64,000 nt of DNA from Eledone cirrhosa (taxonomy: Eukaryota), in assembly GCA_964016885.1 (NCBI GenBank), contig OZ024742.1, positions 144,708,001-144,772,000 on the forward strand. Reading direction: 5' to 3'. The notes under the pieces are model-generated. The model made no database searches, was not told the origin of the DNA, and worked only from the letters and a program-made list of their open reading frames with translations. Positions 51,267 through 64,000 of this stretch are shown here, piece after piece; position 1 is the stretch's first letter; every line of letters begins with the position of its first letter. The position numbers and the translations under genes were made by a program.

Positions 51267-51961
51267 CAAAGAGACAGAGTCAGAGTATACGAAGGAGCCA
51301 TGGAAAAGTATAAGACCCTCATAGAACTGGACATGAAAGGAATTTGCCCACTATACAGGAGCAAAAGGCCACATCATGGTACGACAACCAGAGATATCAG
51401 AGTGTCATGTTTGTGGACGCCACCCCTGGAGGGAAATTAGCTAACCAGTGTAGAAAGGCCCTGAGAAAGACCCACTTAAAAATAAAGGTGGTAGAAAAGC
51501 CAGGAACCACCATAAAATCCCTGATCAGCAAAACCTACCCTTTTAAGAAAACCCACTGTACCAATAGGAAATGTATCATATGTAAGGTGAACCCCCGGAT
51601 AAACTGTAAAACTAGAAACGTAGTCTATAGCATAAGATGTACAGAGGGTACTTGTAGAAACACGACAACAACATACATAGGTGAGACAGCTCGTAGCATA
51701 GGTGAAAGGATAGACCAACACTGGGGGGAACTAAAAGGACGAAAAAACGGGTCAGTACTATACGAACATGCTAGACAACATCATGACGGTAACATAGACA
51801 ACATAGAAATTAGAATAATATCTAAACATAGGAATGACCCAGCAGATAGGCAAATCAGAGAGGCCAGTGAAATAGAAATTAGAAGACCAAAGCTAAACAG
51901 AAAGAATGAGTGGAACAACAACAACACCCAAACAAACAACACTGACCTAAGAGAAGTATAA
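51267..51961 (+). pseudogene. Inverted duplicate of the PLE ORF 3' portion with a ~40-nt deletion at 51365/51366
   Basis: Identical GIY-YIG translation; the segment TCATGGAATAG...ATAGGGA is missing. Confidence 0.9.
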
Positions 51962-52209
51962 ATAAATAAGTAAATTAAATTAAATAAAATAAGATAAATA
52001 AATACATACACAAGCACATAAACACACACTAGTCACCCAGCAGACACAACACTATACACACTAGTCACACATCACACACGCAAACGCATGCGCAAAGAAG
52101 ACAAAATAAAATAAGATAAACAAACAAGCAAACAAATAAATAAATATATAGACGGACTGAACAAAAAAAAAAAATGGCGTAGACATACAACACAACAGGA
52201 GGAACAATG

Positions 52210-52270
52210 AATATAACACCACTGACGATGTTGCAGATGTGCAACGAAAGATTTATGTAAACTATATATA
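52210..52270 (+). ncRNA. Minimal hammerhead in the pLTR (also on the - strand at ~46185-46245 and ~50305-50365)
   Basis: CTGACGA-T-GTTGCA GATG TGCAAC-GAA-AGATTT (self-complementary with G-U)-A; stem I is weak. Confidence 0.55.
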
Positions 52271-52551
52271 TATGTGTTTGTCTATATTGTATCTGTATTA
52301 TTTTATTTTTGACCGCCGGTCAGTCAATGGCAACATTGAGGACCGAGTAAGTTAGATCGCAGATATATATATATAAAAGACAGCGAGAAGCGAAAACCAA
52401 CCAAACAGTGAGTGTGTTCTGTTATTAATTCTGGCAATATTACGCAAATATGACCCTCCCCAAATATAACAATATCTGTTTCGACACACGATTTCATATA
52501 AAAAACCTCGCAAAACTAATTCATCGCCGCTATATATATATATATATATAT

Positions 52552-52589
<38 letters not shown>

Positions 52590-52722
52590 GAGTGAGAGAG
52601 AGAGAGAGAAAGAGAGTGAGAGAGAGAGAGGGGGGGGGGATGAATAAATTGGGTATACCACTTAATTATCAAATGCGAAGAAGCTCGATATATTAACCCC
52701 TTAGGAAAGGGTACAGAGCTTG

Positions 52723-52790
<68 letters not shown>

Positions 52791-52829
52791 TATATATATA
52801 TATATATATATATAGTATATATATATATA

Positions 52830-53039
52830 CAGGGTGTCAAACATCTTGACCCTCTGCTATCCAGGACCCCGGATGAGCCCACAGCACGGTACAAAGGTAA
52901 CCTAAGGGCAGCAACAACGAACTCCCTGTTTCACCAATGGCTAGCCAGCACAGGCTGGAGATGGAACGTGTAGCAACAAGGGTGCTGCCCCAGCATTGCC
53001 TCAGCTGGATGGCGGGAACGGGTAAAAGAGTAAAAGAAT
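52830..53039 (+). mobile_element. Short LINE/SINE-type 3' end between (TA)n tracts
   Basis: Ends GTGCTGCCCCAGCAT..GTAAAAGAGTAAAAGA, which resembles a retroposon tail from memory. Confidence 0.35.
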
Positions 53040-53040
53040 A

Positions 53041-53166
<126 letters not shown>

Positions 53167-53251
53167 GAAAAATTGAACAGGGACAGAACAGAGAGGCAGT
53201 ACGACAAATGTTTATTAGATTCACGCTCAGGAGAGTGGGGGGTAGGTGGAG

Positions 53252-53287
53252 GACGACGTTTCGAGCATAAGCCCTTCTTCAGGTGAG
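53252..53287 (-). ncRNA. Minimal PLE hammerhead
   Basis: - strand: CAC-CTGAAGA-A-GGGC TTAT GCTC-GAA-ACGT-C-GT. Confidence 0.7.
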
Positions 53288-53394
53288 AGTTCAAAAGGTG
53301 TGTAGGGGAGTGGTGGAGAGACATATAGCGAAAGGAAACGGTGCGAATGAAAAATTAACAAATAAAGACAAAAATATAATAAATAATAAATAAA

Positions 53395-54252
53395 AATAAA
53401 GCATGATCAAAATACAAGGAATGAGAACATTTAAAAATAAAGGCATGATCAAAATACAAGGAATGAGAACATTTAAAAATAAAGGCATGATCAAAATACA
53501 AGGAATGAGAACATTTAAAAATAAAGGCATGATCAAAATACAAGGAATGAGAACATTTAAAAATAAAGCATGATCAAAATACAAGGAATGAGAACATTTA
53601 AAAATAAAGGCATGATCAAAATACAAGGAATGAGAACATTTAAAAATAAAGGCATGATCAAAATACAAGGAATGAGAACATTTAAAAATAAAGGCATGAT
53701 CAAAATACAAGGAATGAGAACATTTAAAAATAAAGCATGATCAAAATACAAGGAATGAGAACATTTAAAAATAAAGGCATGATCAAAATACAAGGAATGA
53801 GAACATTTAAAAATAAAGGCATGATCAAAATACAAGGAATGAGAACATTTAAAAATAAAGGCATGATCAAAATACAAGGAATGAGAACATTTAAAAATAA
53901 AGGCATGATCAAAATACAAGGAATGAGAACATTTAAAAATAAAGCATGATCAAAATACAAGGAATGAGAACATTTAAAAATAAAGGCATGATCAAAATAC
54001 AAGGAATGAGAACATTTAAAAATAAAGGCATGATCAAAATACAAGGAATGAGAACATTTAAAAATAAAGCATGATCAAAATACAAGGAATGAGAACATTT
54101 AAAAATAAAGGCATGATCAAAATACAAGGAATGAGAACATTTAAAAATAAAGGCATGATCAAAATACAAGGAATGAGAACATTTAAAAATAAAGGCATGA
54201 TCAAAATACAAGGAATGAGAACATTTAAAAATAAAGGCATGATCAAAATAAA
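53395..54252. repeat. 42-bp minisatellite, ~20 copies, with a recurrent 41-bp variant
   Basis: Unit GCATGATCAAAATACAAGGAATGAGAACATTTAAAAATAAAG; no spacers. Confidence 0.95.
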
Positions 54253-54912
54253 CTGAAATTAAAAGGGGGGTAAACAGGTGGTGGAAGGGTGTGGGGTGAG
54301 TAGAGGTGGTGGCGGGTGGAGTGGGGAGAGGGAGACGGGGTGTCCGAGCGGGGAGGGCTGAAGGTGGTTGTGTGGTTAGGTGTGCGTGTGTGTGTGTGTG
54401 TGTGTATGTGAAAGTGAGGGTTGGGGGAAGAACGGGGTTGCATGTTCAGGAAGGTGTGTGTGGGGGGGGGGGGGTTTGTGTGTCGGAGGGTCTGTGCGTG
54501 TGTGGATAGGGGGTGGGGGGAGAGGAATCAGGGGGCTGAGGGTGTAAATATGTGGTGGGAAGCACGTGTGTGTGGTTTAAGCGTGTTGTGGGTGTGGGTG
54601 GCGTGTGGATAAAAAAAATTGTTTTGGGATGTGTGTGTGGGTGAGTTATATAGGTGATGGTGTTAGAGGATGGTTGAAAGTGGTAAATTACACGGATGTA
54701 TGGAGATTTTGGTTGGAAGTCAAAACGCGTGTGGGTAATCCAAGAAGCGGTGGTCGGAAGAGGAGAGATGTGGGGTGCGCGCGCAACAGGAAGTGGTCAG
54801 CAGTGGAAGTGCTGTGGTCAGTTGGTGCTGAGACAGTGGTCGGAAGGGCATAGCAGCAGTCAGCGGAATGGTAGGGAGGCGAGGGTGGGTAGGTGTGAGA
54901 GTTGGAGTGAGG

Positions 54913-54957
<45 letters not shown>

Positions 54958-55395
54958 TAGTAGGGGTGTTAGTGGGATGAGTGAGTGTGGAGTGGGGAGA
55001 GAAGGGTGTGTGTGGTTCTATGGAGGGAGTGTGGTGTACTGGTGTGTGTGTAGTTTGGTGAGGAGGTGTTAGTGGGTGTTAGTAGACGGGAGGTGGGGAG
55101 GGGTGGAATGCAGGTGTGAGTGGGGGTTAGTGGGGGTAGGGTGTGTAGAGTTGGTGGTGTACGAGGGTGTGTGGGTACGTGTGCGTGGGGTTGGAGGGTG
55201 TTAGTGATGTTAGTTGCGTGTGGGGTGGGTGGTGTAAGTGTGTGCGTGTGATAAGGAGGGGGGAGGAGGAGAAGAGGGGAGGGTAGGGATGTTAGTATGT
55301 TAGTTGGGGAAGGGTGGTCAGATGAGGGGTGGAGTGGAGGTGTTAGTATTGTTAGTGTGGGGTGGGCGGTGAAAAGGAGGGGTGTGTTAGTGGTG

Positions 55396-56638
55396 TTAGT
55401 GGGGGATAAGTGGGGGAGGGGGGCGGTCGAACGCTAAAGGAATAAGGGTGGGGAGTTCAGGCCGGGGGGAGTGTGGGTCTGTAAGATGAAGATGGTACGT
55501 TGTTCGACCGTGAGGCGATGGGCGGGTGTTCCGTGGCACTGGAGTAGGCCACAGACTGTGAGATGGTGTGCGGAGTGTCCAGGGCCACCAAAGTGGCGGG
55601 CGATGGGGGAACTGCCCCCGAGACGAATGTCCCGGAGGTGCTCCGTGACTCGGTCCGCCAGGCGGCGTCCCGTCTGTCCGACATAAGTCGCGCTGCACCT
55701 CGTGCAACGAAGTCCGTAGACTAGGTTGGAGGAGGTGCAGCGGAAGGCATGCCGGACCGAGAGAGGGTGGCCGTTGGGACCCTGGAAGGTGGTGGTGTTG
55801 GTGATGTGGGGACAGGTGTTGCAGCGGGGCCTAGAACAGGGGAAGGAACCGGGGGGGAACCGGGGGGGGAAACGGAGCGTGGGTTGGGGGGTAGGGAGCT
55901 GTGGACGAGGAGGGTGCGGAGATTGCGTGCGCGTTTGAAGGAGGGGAGTGGTGGGGTTGGGAAGATGTGGGAGGTGGAGGGGTCGGACTGGAGGTGTCGG
56001 AAGAGGCGGCGGATGGTGCGGTGGAGGGGTAAGGTGGAGGGGTGGTAGGTGATGGGGAAGGGGAGACGGTGGGTGGGTGTGCGGTGGCGTGGGGTGAGGG
56101 TGGTAGAGCGGGGGATAGCACGGGCGCGGGTGAGAGCGGTGTGGACGAGAGAGGGGGGGTAACCTCTGCGGATGAAATGGCTGACTAGGGAAAGGGCCTG
56201 GGACTCGAAGTCAGCATCTCGGCTACAGAGGCGGCGGATCCTGAGAAGTTGGGAGTAGGGAATGGAGAGTTTAGTGTGGGTGGGGTGGGAAGAGGTGAAG
56301 TCGAGGTAAGAGTGGGAGTCGGTGGGTTTGAAGAAGGCGGAGGTGACGAGGGAGTGGTGGGAGGGGTCGAAGGCGACGGAGATGTCCAAGAAGTGGACGT
56401 GGGTGGTGGAGATAGAGGTGGTGAAGTGGAGGGAGGGGTGGAAGGAGCAGAAGAAGGAGAGAAAGGAGTCGAGCTGTACTCGGGTGAGGGTCGTGGCTCC
56501 GATACAGTCGTCAATGTAACGACCGTACAGTTCGGGCGTGGGGCCGGTGTACTGGGCAAAGATTTGGGCCTCAACATGGCCAACAAAAAGGTTGGCATAG
56601 TTCGGGCCCATTCTTGTGCCCATGGCTACCCCCGTGAC

Positions 56639-56640
<2 letters not shown>
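55396..56640 (-). pseudogene. Frameshifted PLE RT (3' half) + GIY-YIG endonuclease
   Basis: GVAMGTRMGPNYANLF, RYIDD, HFLD, FKPTD, SIPYSQLLRIRRLCS. After a shift near 55850-55870 it reads NLVYGLRCTRC..YVGQTGRRL..R..EH. Confidence 0.88.
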
Positions 56641-56679
<39 letters not shown>

Positions 56680-56695
56680 CTATATATATATATAT

Positions 56696-56873
56696 TGAAA
56701 GGATAACAAGGACGATTGATTACTCCTTCATTGCATTTATTGGTAGGTGACGCGCGTTTCGCCACTGATCAGCTCAAGGTTCGATCTGTATCGAAGAATC
56801 ATATCACAGAAGTGAACCTAAACATCGAGTGCTCTCCCGGGTGAACCTGCAGTAACTCCAAGTTACACCCCTT

Positions 56874-56875
<2 letters not shown>
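56696..56875 (-). mobile_element. ~180-bp (TA)n-flanked cassette with a partial hammerhead (GAAACGCGCGTC) + AATAAA
   Basis: - strand: GC-GAAACGCGCGTC-ACCTACC-AATAAA. Only a non-canonical CTGATCA core lies upstream. Confidence 0.5.
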
Positions 56876-56917
<42 letters not shown>

Positions 56918-56921
<4 letters not shown>

Positions 56922-57077
56922 CAAGGCTCTGATACCATCAACACTATACACACAGAGCTGGCATATCTAAGAACTGACTAACTGCCTGATGAGGTCATAG
57001 CCATTCAATGGCTATCATCGAAATATATATAGCAGTAAATAAAGGATTATAAGTTCATGCAATTGACTTATGTTTCG

Positions 57078-57082
<5 letters not shown>
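56918..57082 (+). mobile_element. ~165-bp (TA)n-flanked non-coding HHR cassette
   Basis: Bounded by (TA)n at 56876-56917 and 57082-57118; contains the HHR below. Confidence 0.7.
56981..57043 (+). ncRNA. Type I hammerhead ribozyme + AATAAA
   Basis: ACTGC-CTGATGA-GGT(c)ATAGCCAT TCA ATGGCTAT(c)ATC-GAA-ATATATAT-A-GCAGT-A-AATAAA. Confidence 0.88.
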
Positions 57083-57121
<39 letters not shown>

Positions 57122-57630
57122 GGTCTTGCGCAGAGTCTCCATATGCCAAATTTCACATACAAGGGGTTTACATCCTTATACAAACATTTCGCACATTAGA
57201 TATACTATCTATTGAAACCACGCATTCTTCAGAAATGAGGATTGCAAGCCAGAACACAAGGATAAGAACTTCAAGCCTGATATTCAAATGAGATATACTT
57301 ATGTTTACCATTACAAAAGCTGATACACCACATGCGTTTTATTGAATTTGCTTACGAACTTATTGTATATTTATTTATTTACTTTATCTAAAGCAAATAA
57401 AATATAACGTTCAATTCTAAATATGCATGCATCCTCCAGATTCTTTTACATCTCCTCTTCTCCCCCTCTCTCTCCTCCCATCTCTCTCTCTCTCTCCCTC
57501 TCTCTTTCTCTGTCTCTCTCTCTCTCTCTATATATATATATAGGTAAGTTATTCCGGGCTGAATCGGAGGTAACCTCAGTAAGTAAGGTACTCAATACAT
57601 AGCAGTGTATAAAAGTTTTAATATCGATGT

Positions 57631-57736
57631 ATTCTACAGGACTAGAACTGTTTCATTCTTTAGAAATCATCAGGAATCTGGCTGTCCAGATTCCTGATGA
57701 TTTCTAAAGAATGAAACAGTTCTAATCCTGTAAAAT
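57631..57736. ncRNA. Head-to-head inverted pair of hammerhead-like motifs (~51-bp arms, 4-nt loop)
   Basis: Each arm reads CTGATGA-TTTCTAAAGAAT-GAAACAGT; stem I is poor. Confidence 0.5.
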
Positions 57737-58047
57737 CTCGCTCACATCTCACCCATGTCGGATGGTCTGTATCTCTCGCCCATGAATTCACCAAGCTTAA
57801 GCTTACAGATTTCATGTGCTTGTCTCTTCCTATCTTTCCGTTGCCATACCATCGTTGTTTGTTTACATGTCGCGCTCCTTTCACCCTATTTTACTTGTCC
57901 CAATAGCTTTATTTAGTTATTGCTCGCACCAACTAGAGGTATATGATTTTTAAAGCGATGAAATACCAATGAAAGTTGGAAGATCACTGATGAAGGACTA
58001 ATTTTATTCAGATGTAACCCATGTGCAACCACGCAGCGCTTCATTTT

Positions 58048-58987
<940 letters not shown>

Positions 58988-59879
58988 ATGTAATGTGACC
59001 AAAAAATATAAACACAGACATCTGCATTGTAAACTGCGGAACGATTATATTATTCAAAGGAGGCTCGTATCGATTTTGACATATACGTGTTGAAGTTGTT
59101 CGATAACGGAACTAACTATTCAATGAATTATAACGTAAGTGGTTGAGTATTCCACCCTCAACTTTAGCTTCAGGCAGAGTCAACGTGTCAAGTTTTATAA
59201 TTGGTGTCTATACACTTGTAAACCCCAATATTGCCCGAAAAGTATTTCAGGAATTTCGTCAGCTATACGATTATTGCATAGCATTTTCAAGAACATGTAG
59301 AGCCAATAGATATATTACAGCAATCTGCATTCTGAAGATAAAATATTGTACGAAGTATTTACATTTTGCTCTAAGCTGTAAAAAAAGGCATGACAAGATA
59401 GTAAAGAAAATGCATTGGGGTGTTAGTAGAAAATTGAGAATCAAAGTAGATGAAAAAGGTTAACATTGCCAGCCAAAAGCTGTTACTGTGAGGTCCTGAG
59501 GGATATATCTGCGTAAACATAACATGTAAAATGGAATAGAGAGAAAATTGTAAAGTATGTAAGATCATATTTTTTCATAATGCAAACAGAAAAATCAAAA
59601 GAAACAGAAAATATTGACAAAAACATTTGAACTTGGCCAGGGAACCATGAAAATTCTGGGACACACGGGAGAAAGATTATCTATGAGGTTTTTCTATGTA
59701 GTGAGAATTATGCCAAAGCATCTATGAGACAATGGAATTGCAATCTAAATAGTACAGTTATATAAAAATGTCAACTTTTATTCTACAATAATCGTTGAGA
59801 CTGGAAGAGACTTGCTGTCACTAAATCTTAGGACAGTTATCTTTTCATGCGTTCAATGTCAACTTAGATGAAATATAAT

Positions 59880-62590
59880 AATAAATATAACAATAACGAT
59901 AATTTCTTTGTTTGCCACAAAGTCCTACATATAGGGGACAATAAAAAAGACAGGGACAGTGGATATTTTACAAAAAAACGAGTAGATAACATAAAAACAA
60001 TAGCAATCAACAAAAAAATTATAACAACTTAAATTCCCCAAGAAAGGGGAGAATCACTCAGGGGTGACTCAGGAGCCCCACCAGTTACGAATCACCCGAC
60101 ACTCCAAGACCACCCGGGGTGGACACCATTCTCTTCTTCAAATTAACCAGCCTACAGGGTAGGCCCAATCATGCGGGCCATTCTCATCACACTCACGCAC
60201 CTTTTAGCAAATGTACTGGAGGACAGCACTTCCCTCTCCACCCTTACCTCCCTTTCCAAGTGAAACTTGAAAAGTTGATGGGGGATTGACCTAAGTTTTC
60301 AGTCCTTTCAGCTTCGTCCCCCACACAATCTATTTCACTACGGCCTCCTAGCAGAAGAAACCTGCCTGCTCTTCCTTGCCAATAGAAGGTGATCTTCACT
60401 ATGTACTCGGTCGATAGCTGGATTCGTCCCACACGTGATAACAGCTGTTCGTCATAACTCCACAAGACAGTAATGCACGGACACTGGACGAGTACATGTA
60501 GAGTGGTTTCGCCGTTCTGTGCGAATCTCTGTACCAGCAGGGTTAATCTCGAACCAGCAGTGCCCCCTCCCCCGTAGCACTACCCAGCGAGGGATTTCTG
60601 GAAATTATCCGTAGTCCCCGCCTCGAAAGTCCTCTGGAACAGACTGGTTAGTTCGATTTCATCGACGCCTAGATCCTCTCCGTGACCGTCGTTAACTTGC
60701 CCACGACTAATCCTCTATAGAACTCTAGAGATTTCCACCGATCAGATTGAGGGCTGTGATAGTCTGGCAACATTCCAGATGCCAGGCGCCCAGTCTCGAT
60801 CTCTTTTTGACTCAGGACTTCAGCTCAGTCAAAGAGATGAACTGCGGAAAGGCCTGTCTCACAAAAGGTGACTACATCCGTCCAGCATCCGAAGATGCTG
60901 TTAAACGGCATGGATTTGCCTCTCTAGGTGCCGATCTGCAAAGCGACCGACTTTTCCGAGTTCAGTTTTGCTCACGTCAACCTTTCATACTTTTCTAAGA
61001 GGTGCCGACCATTTTAATATCTGAGGTGTTTGACACCATCGCGGTGATGTCATCTGCATATGACGACACAACCCATCCACGCCCTACTACAACCCCAGCG
61101 TCCACAGTAAAGTCTTGAGAGTCAATACGGACAGAAGTGGGAGACAGGACACTCTTGACGGACCGATTGCGGGATTTGAAACGGTTCCGAAAGATGGCTA
61201 TTTGCTTTTATCACGGAACAGATGCTGCTGTGCATTTCAGCGATTCTGTCCCTGAAGACGGAACCGAAGCCAACTGCCTTGAGGACAGCCTCCAGGTATC
61301 AATGGTTGACCCCATGGAAAGCTTTTGATTGATCTAAATTGACCATAACCCCACCGAAGCCAGGTTTACACCCTACCGTCTCTATGATGTACTGCCTGAG
61401 GTGGATGTTGTAGTATATGCAAGTTTGCGCCTGTCCTACCAAAAACTTGACGCCAAGTGCCAACCTCGTCGCTAACATCTTGGCCAAAATCTTAAACTCT
61501 GTGTTTAGCAGAGTTATGGGCCAGAAATTGCCTAAATTATCCCTCTTATTCTCGTCTTTCCTCATCACCGATACTACGCCCGGGCTCACACAACTGGGAA
61601 TACCTCCGTTCTACTGCCAGTTGAAGTAGACCGCTTCGAGGAGATCGGAGAACAAGTCTAGCATATCTATGGCAGACCATCTAAATCGGGTGACTTGCGC
61701 CTCGTCCAACCGACCAGGATATTACGAATCTCGGTTTCTGTTATCGGCCCTTCGCAGCATTCAGCATTGGCTGAGGAGAGATGCGGCAAGCTGTTGAGGT
61801 AGGAATTGAAGTGTCTTACCGTATCCGACTCCTCGCTCTCCACGAACAGTCGAGCAAAGTGCTGGCTAAACTCGCACACATCTGCCTGGACTCGTTTAGC
61901 ACGCATCCATCTTAGATCGAATCGAGCTCTTATTACCACGCTGTGCCTCTATCACACAGGCCCATCGAACAACTTTGGTTCCCTCGCTTCTTACAGCACA
62001 CTCCTTAGCTCTGACAATGCAACCTTCGTGTTTCGCATCGAAGAAATTGTCAAATTCCATTCTCGCCGCTAGCACGTCAGTTGCAATGCCACTTCTAATC
62101 GCCTCGTCTAATTGACCTACCAGTTCCCCCCTCCTTTCTATTTTGCTAATGCTACTTCTTTACTAAACCTATTGAAACTACTCTGATCTCTCTCTTGAAA
62201 AGCCGTTGTTTTAAAAATGGAAGCACACTTTGAACAGTCCTAGATATACAAAGAGATGGCATATCCGTGGCTTGAATGGCCACCAGTCTGAAGGTATCAC
62301 CTTCACTATTGCTCACATCCAGAACCACCAACTTACCATCCGGGTCCAGGAAGATCATCCGTACCTCGAGATCCCAACCTTTCCTAAAGAGCGTTGTCAC
62401 CCCACTTCCCATCCCCGGCCGACTAAGAGGTGCGAAGATCTGATACTCGTTGAAAATGGGGCTAGTGAGCGCCTGACGGAAATCCTGATCTCTCTGACGA
62501 CAGTCACATCCATATCTAGTGACCTGAGGTCGTTCAGCAAGCGAGCACGCTTCCAGGACGACACCCAGGCCCGGAAACTTTAAACAATCT
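59880..62590 (-). mobile_element. Decayed L1/Tx1-like LINE (APE endonuclease + RT)
   Basis: GSGVTTLF..DPDGKLVVLDV..FRLVAI; KSPDLDGLP; NFWPITLLNTEFKILAK; LDQSKAF; SYADDIT at ~61043-61063; (TTA)-like tail near 59880. Many stops and shifts. Confidence 0.85.
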
Positions 62591-64000
62591 ACTTTTATAA
62601 TCGCCGTGTTGGCTACATAATGAAAAGAGAAAAAATGGGAGGGAGGCTGCTTGCCCTCCGGGTTCTGATAGAGATCGGGTTCGCTATAATTTCAGTCTTC
62701 ACCCCTGTTATCATTACGAAAAGAAAATACGTCTTAAATTCCACAACGACTGTGTGCCAACCTTCGTTTGTATATATATTTGCATGTCCATTACCACATT
62801 TTATGAAACACCTTTTCCAACACGTTTGTATGAATACGGCCAAATTCCAAATTATATAAAAGAATTATCGTTGTTATTATTATCGTCGTCGTCGTCCTTA
62901 TCATCATCGTTATTTATAAATAGTTATTGGTTTTTCGAAATTCCATGATGTGAATTACAGAGGTGTATGTTGGGAAAAAAAACTCTGTAGAAAAAAAACT
63001 ACTGTAGGAAGTAGACAAATTTCCATTGGGTGGATTTCCATTGCAACACGCTTTCATCAATTGAAGGGTTCTTTGTATGAGAATTACACCATTTAGGCAG
63101 TATTAATTATTTCGCTTTCAGCTGATTAGAAATGGCTAATTCAGGTAGCACTAACATGTAACAGGAAGAAGTTGGGGAGGTGGTAAAAGAAGAGGTGGTG
63201 ACAGACAGACGAGAAAGAATGTTGCCATAGTAGTAATAGTTTTACTATGAAGAATATTATAAGAAACAACAGAAGCTTTGTGCCTTACTACACATTCTAC
63301 ACTGGTAACGTGATGAGTGTTACTCACAATATCAGCTGCGATGGTTGTAAGGGCTGATAGCCACCAGATGCAATTACAAGAATACTAGTTCCAGAAAAAA
63401 CCCACAATAACAAGACCGTGAAAAAGCAGCAGTGAATGCAACAGTAACAAGAACAGCATCAGCAGTAGTTCTTAATAAAAACATCAAAGGCAAGTATAAA
63501 AGTGATTTTAAGAAATCACTTAAGAAAAGAAATTAAGTTTTGCAGGTGCAGCAAACGACAGAGTCAAAATGGATGTTACAAAGAAGTAGAGGAGACAATG
63601 TGAAGAAAAGAAATACATGACAAGATATGAAGACTCTTTCATGGGAAGTATGGAAAACTGCCAGAAAAGCGCACTAACCTATTTCACAAGGATGGCCCTT
63701 TTCTATGGCTCCCTTTGCTATGCCAAACACGAAGGCTACATTGCTCGAACAAAGGCGCGTGTTTTAAACAAAAGAACGCGAGATCTGATAGGAGTACAAT
63801 GTGGTTATCAATTTATCATAGGATTCTTGGTGGATTTAAATTGGTGCATAAGATACGACCCGAAAAATCTGTTTCGCACACGAGAAGAGTTAATACCATG
63901 ATATCGAGCTGTGTTTACTACGAGAACATAAAGCCAGTTAATTGTGTGGAGGTTTGTTTGGATTCTAATATATTCCGGCTATGGTTAGCACAGTTCCTAG

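Larger units (their letters stand above)
45981..52533 (-). mobile_element. Penelope-like retroelement: full unit, upstream partial tandem (50102-51264) and inverted partial copy (51267-52533), inserted in (TA)n
   Basis: 45981-47144 repeats directly at 50102-51264 and inversely at 51366-52474; there is (TA)n at both ends. Confidence 0.95.

Noticed and set aside
53395-54252. Regular ~42-bp periodicity resembling a CRISPR array
   Set aside because: Units are identical with no unique spacers, there are no cas genes, and the context is eukaryotic.
63600-64000. Possible RTE C-terminal relic
   Set aside because: Only a faint GYIAR/W motif; too decayed to support.

Overview
This is a eukaryotic, AT-rich, almost entirely repeat-derived window, and I found no host protein-coding gene or true RNA gene. 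The abundant tRNA-derived SINE (...TTTGCCTTTCATCC..GGGGTCGATAAAATAA.GTACCAG...) resembles octopus SINEs as I recall them, so a cephalopod source is likely but unverified. Main contents: (1) a ~10.4-kb trinucleotide-based satellite that switches strand at ~6732. (2) A (TACA)n microsatellite holding a nearly intact R4/Dong-like RLE retrotransposon, two copies of a ~609-bp RTE-type non-autonomous element and an RTE 3' end. (3) An intact 1210-aa Penelope-like element (PLE; RT plus C-terminal GIY-YIG) in a partial-tandem plus inverted configuration. (4) Two further 5'-truncated PLEs of different types. (5) Decayed CRE, Tx1/L1-like and R4 relics, hAT- and P-like MITEs and many SINEs. The most striking signal is a set of unrelated short non-coding cassettes sitting in (TA)n tracts that carry minimal type-I hammerhead ribozyme (HHR) folds. 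Several are followed by AATAAA, several are arranged as inverted pairs, one carries the compensatory U3-A8 core variant, and one family keeps only the GAAAC...GUC half. I read this as a (TA)n-targeted PLE/HHR ecosystem of autonomous and non-autonomous elements. All calls were made by eye; coordinates may be off by a few nt.
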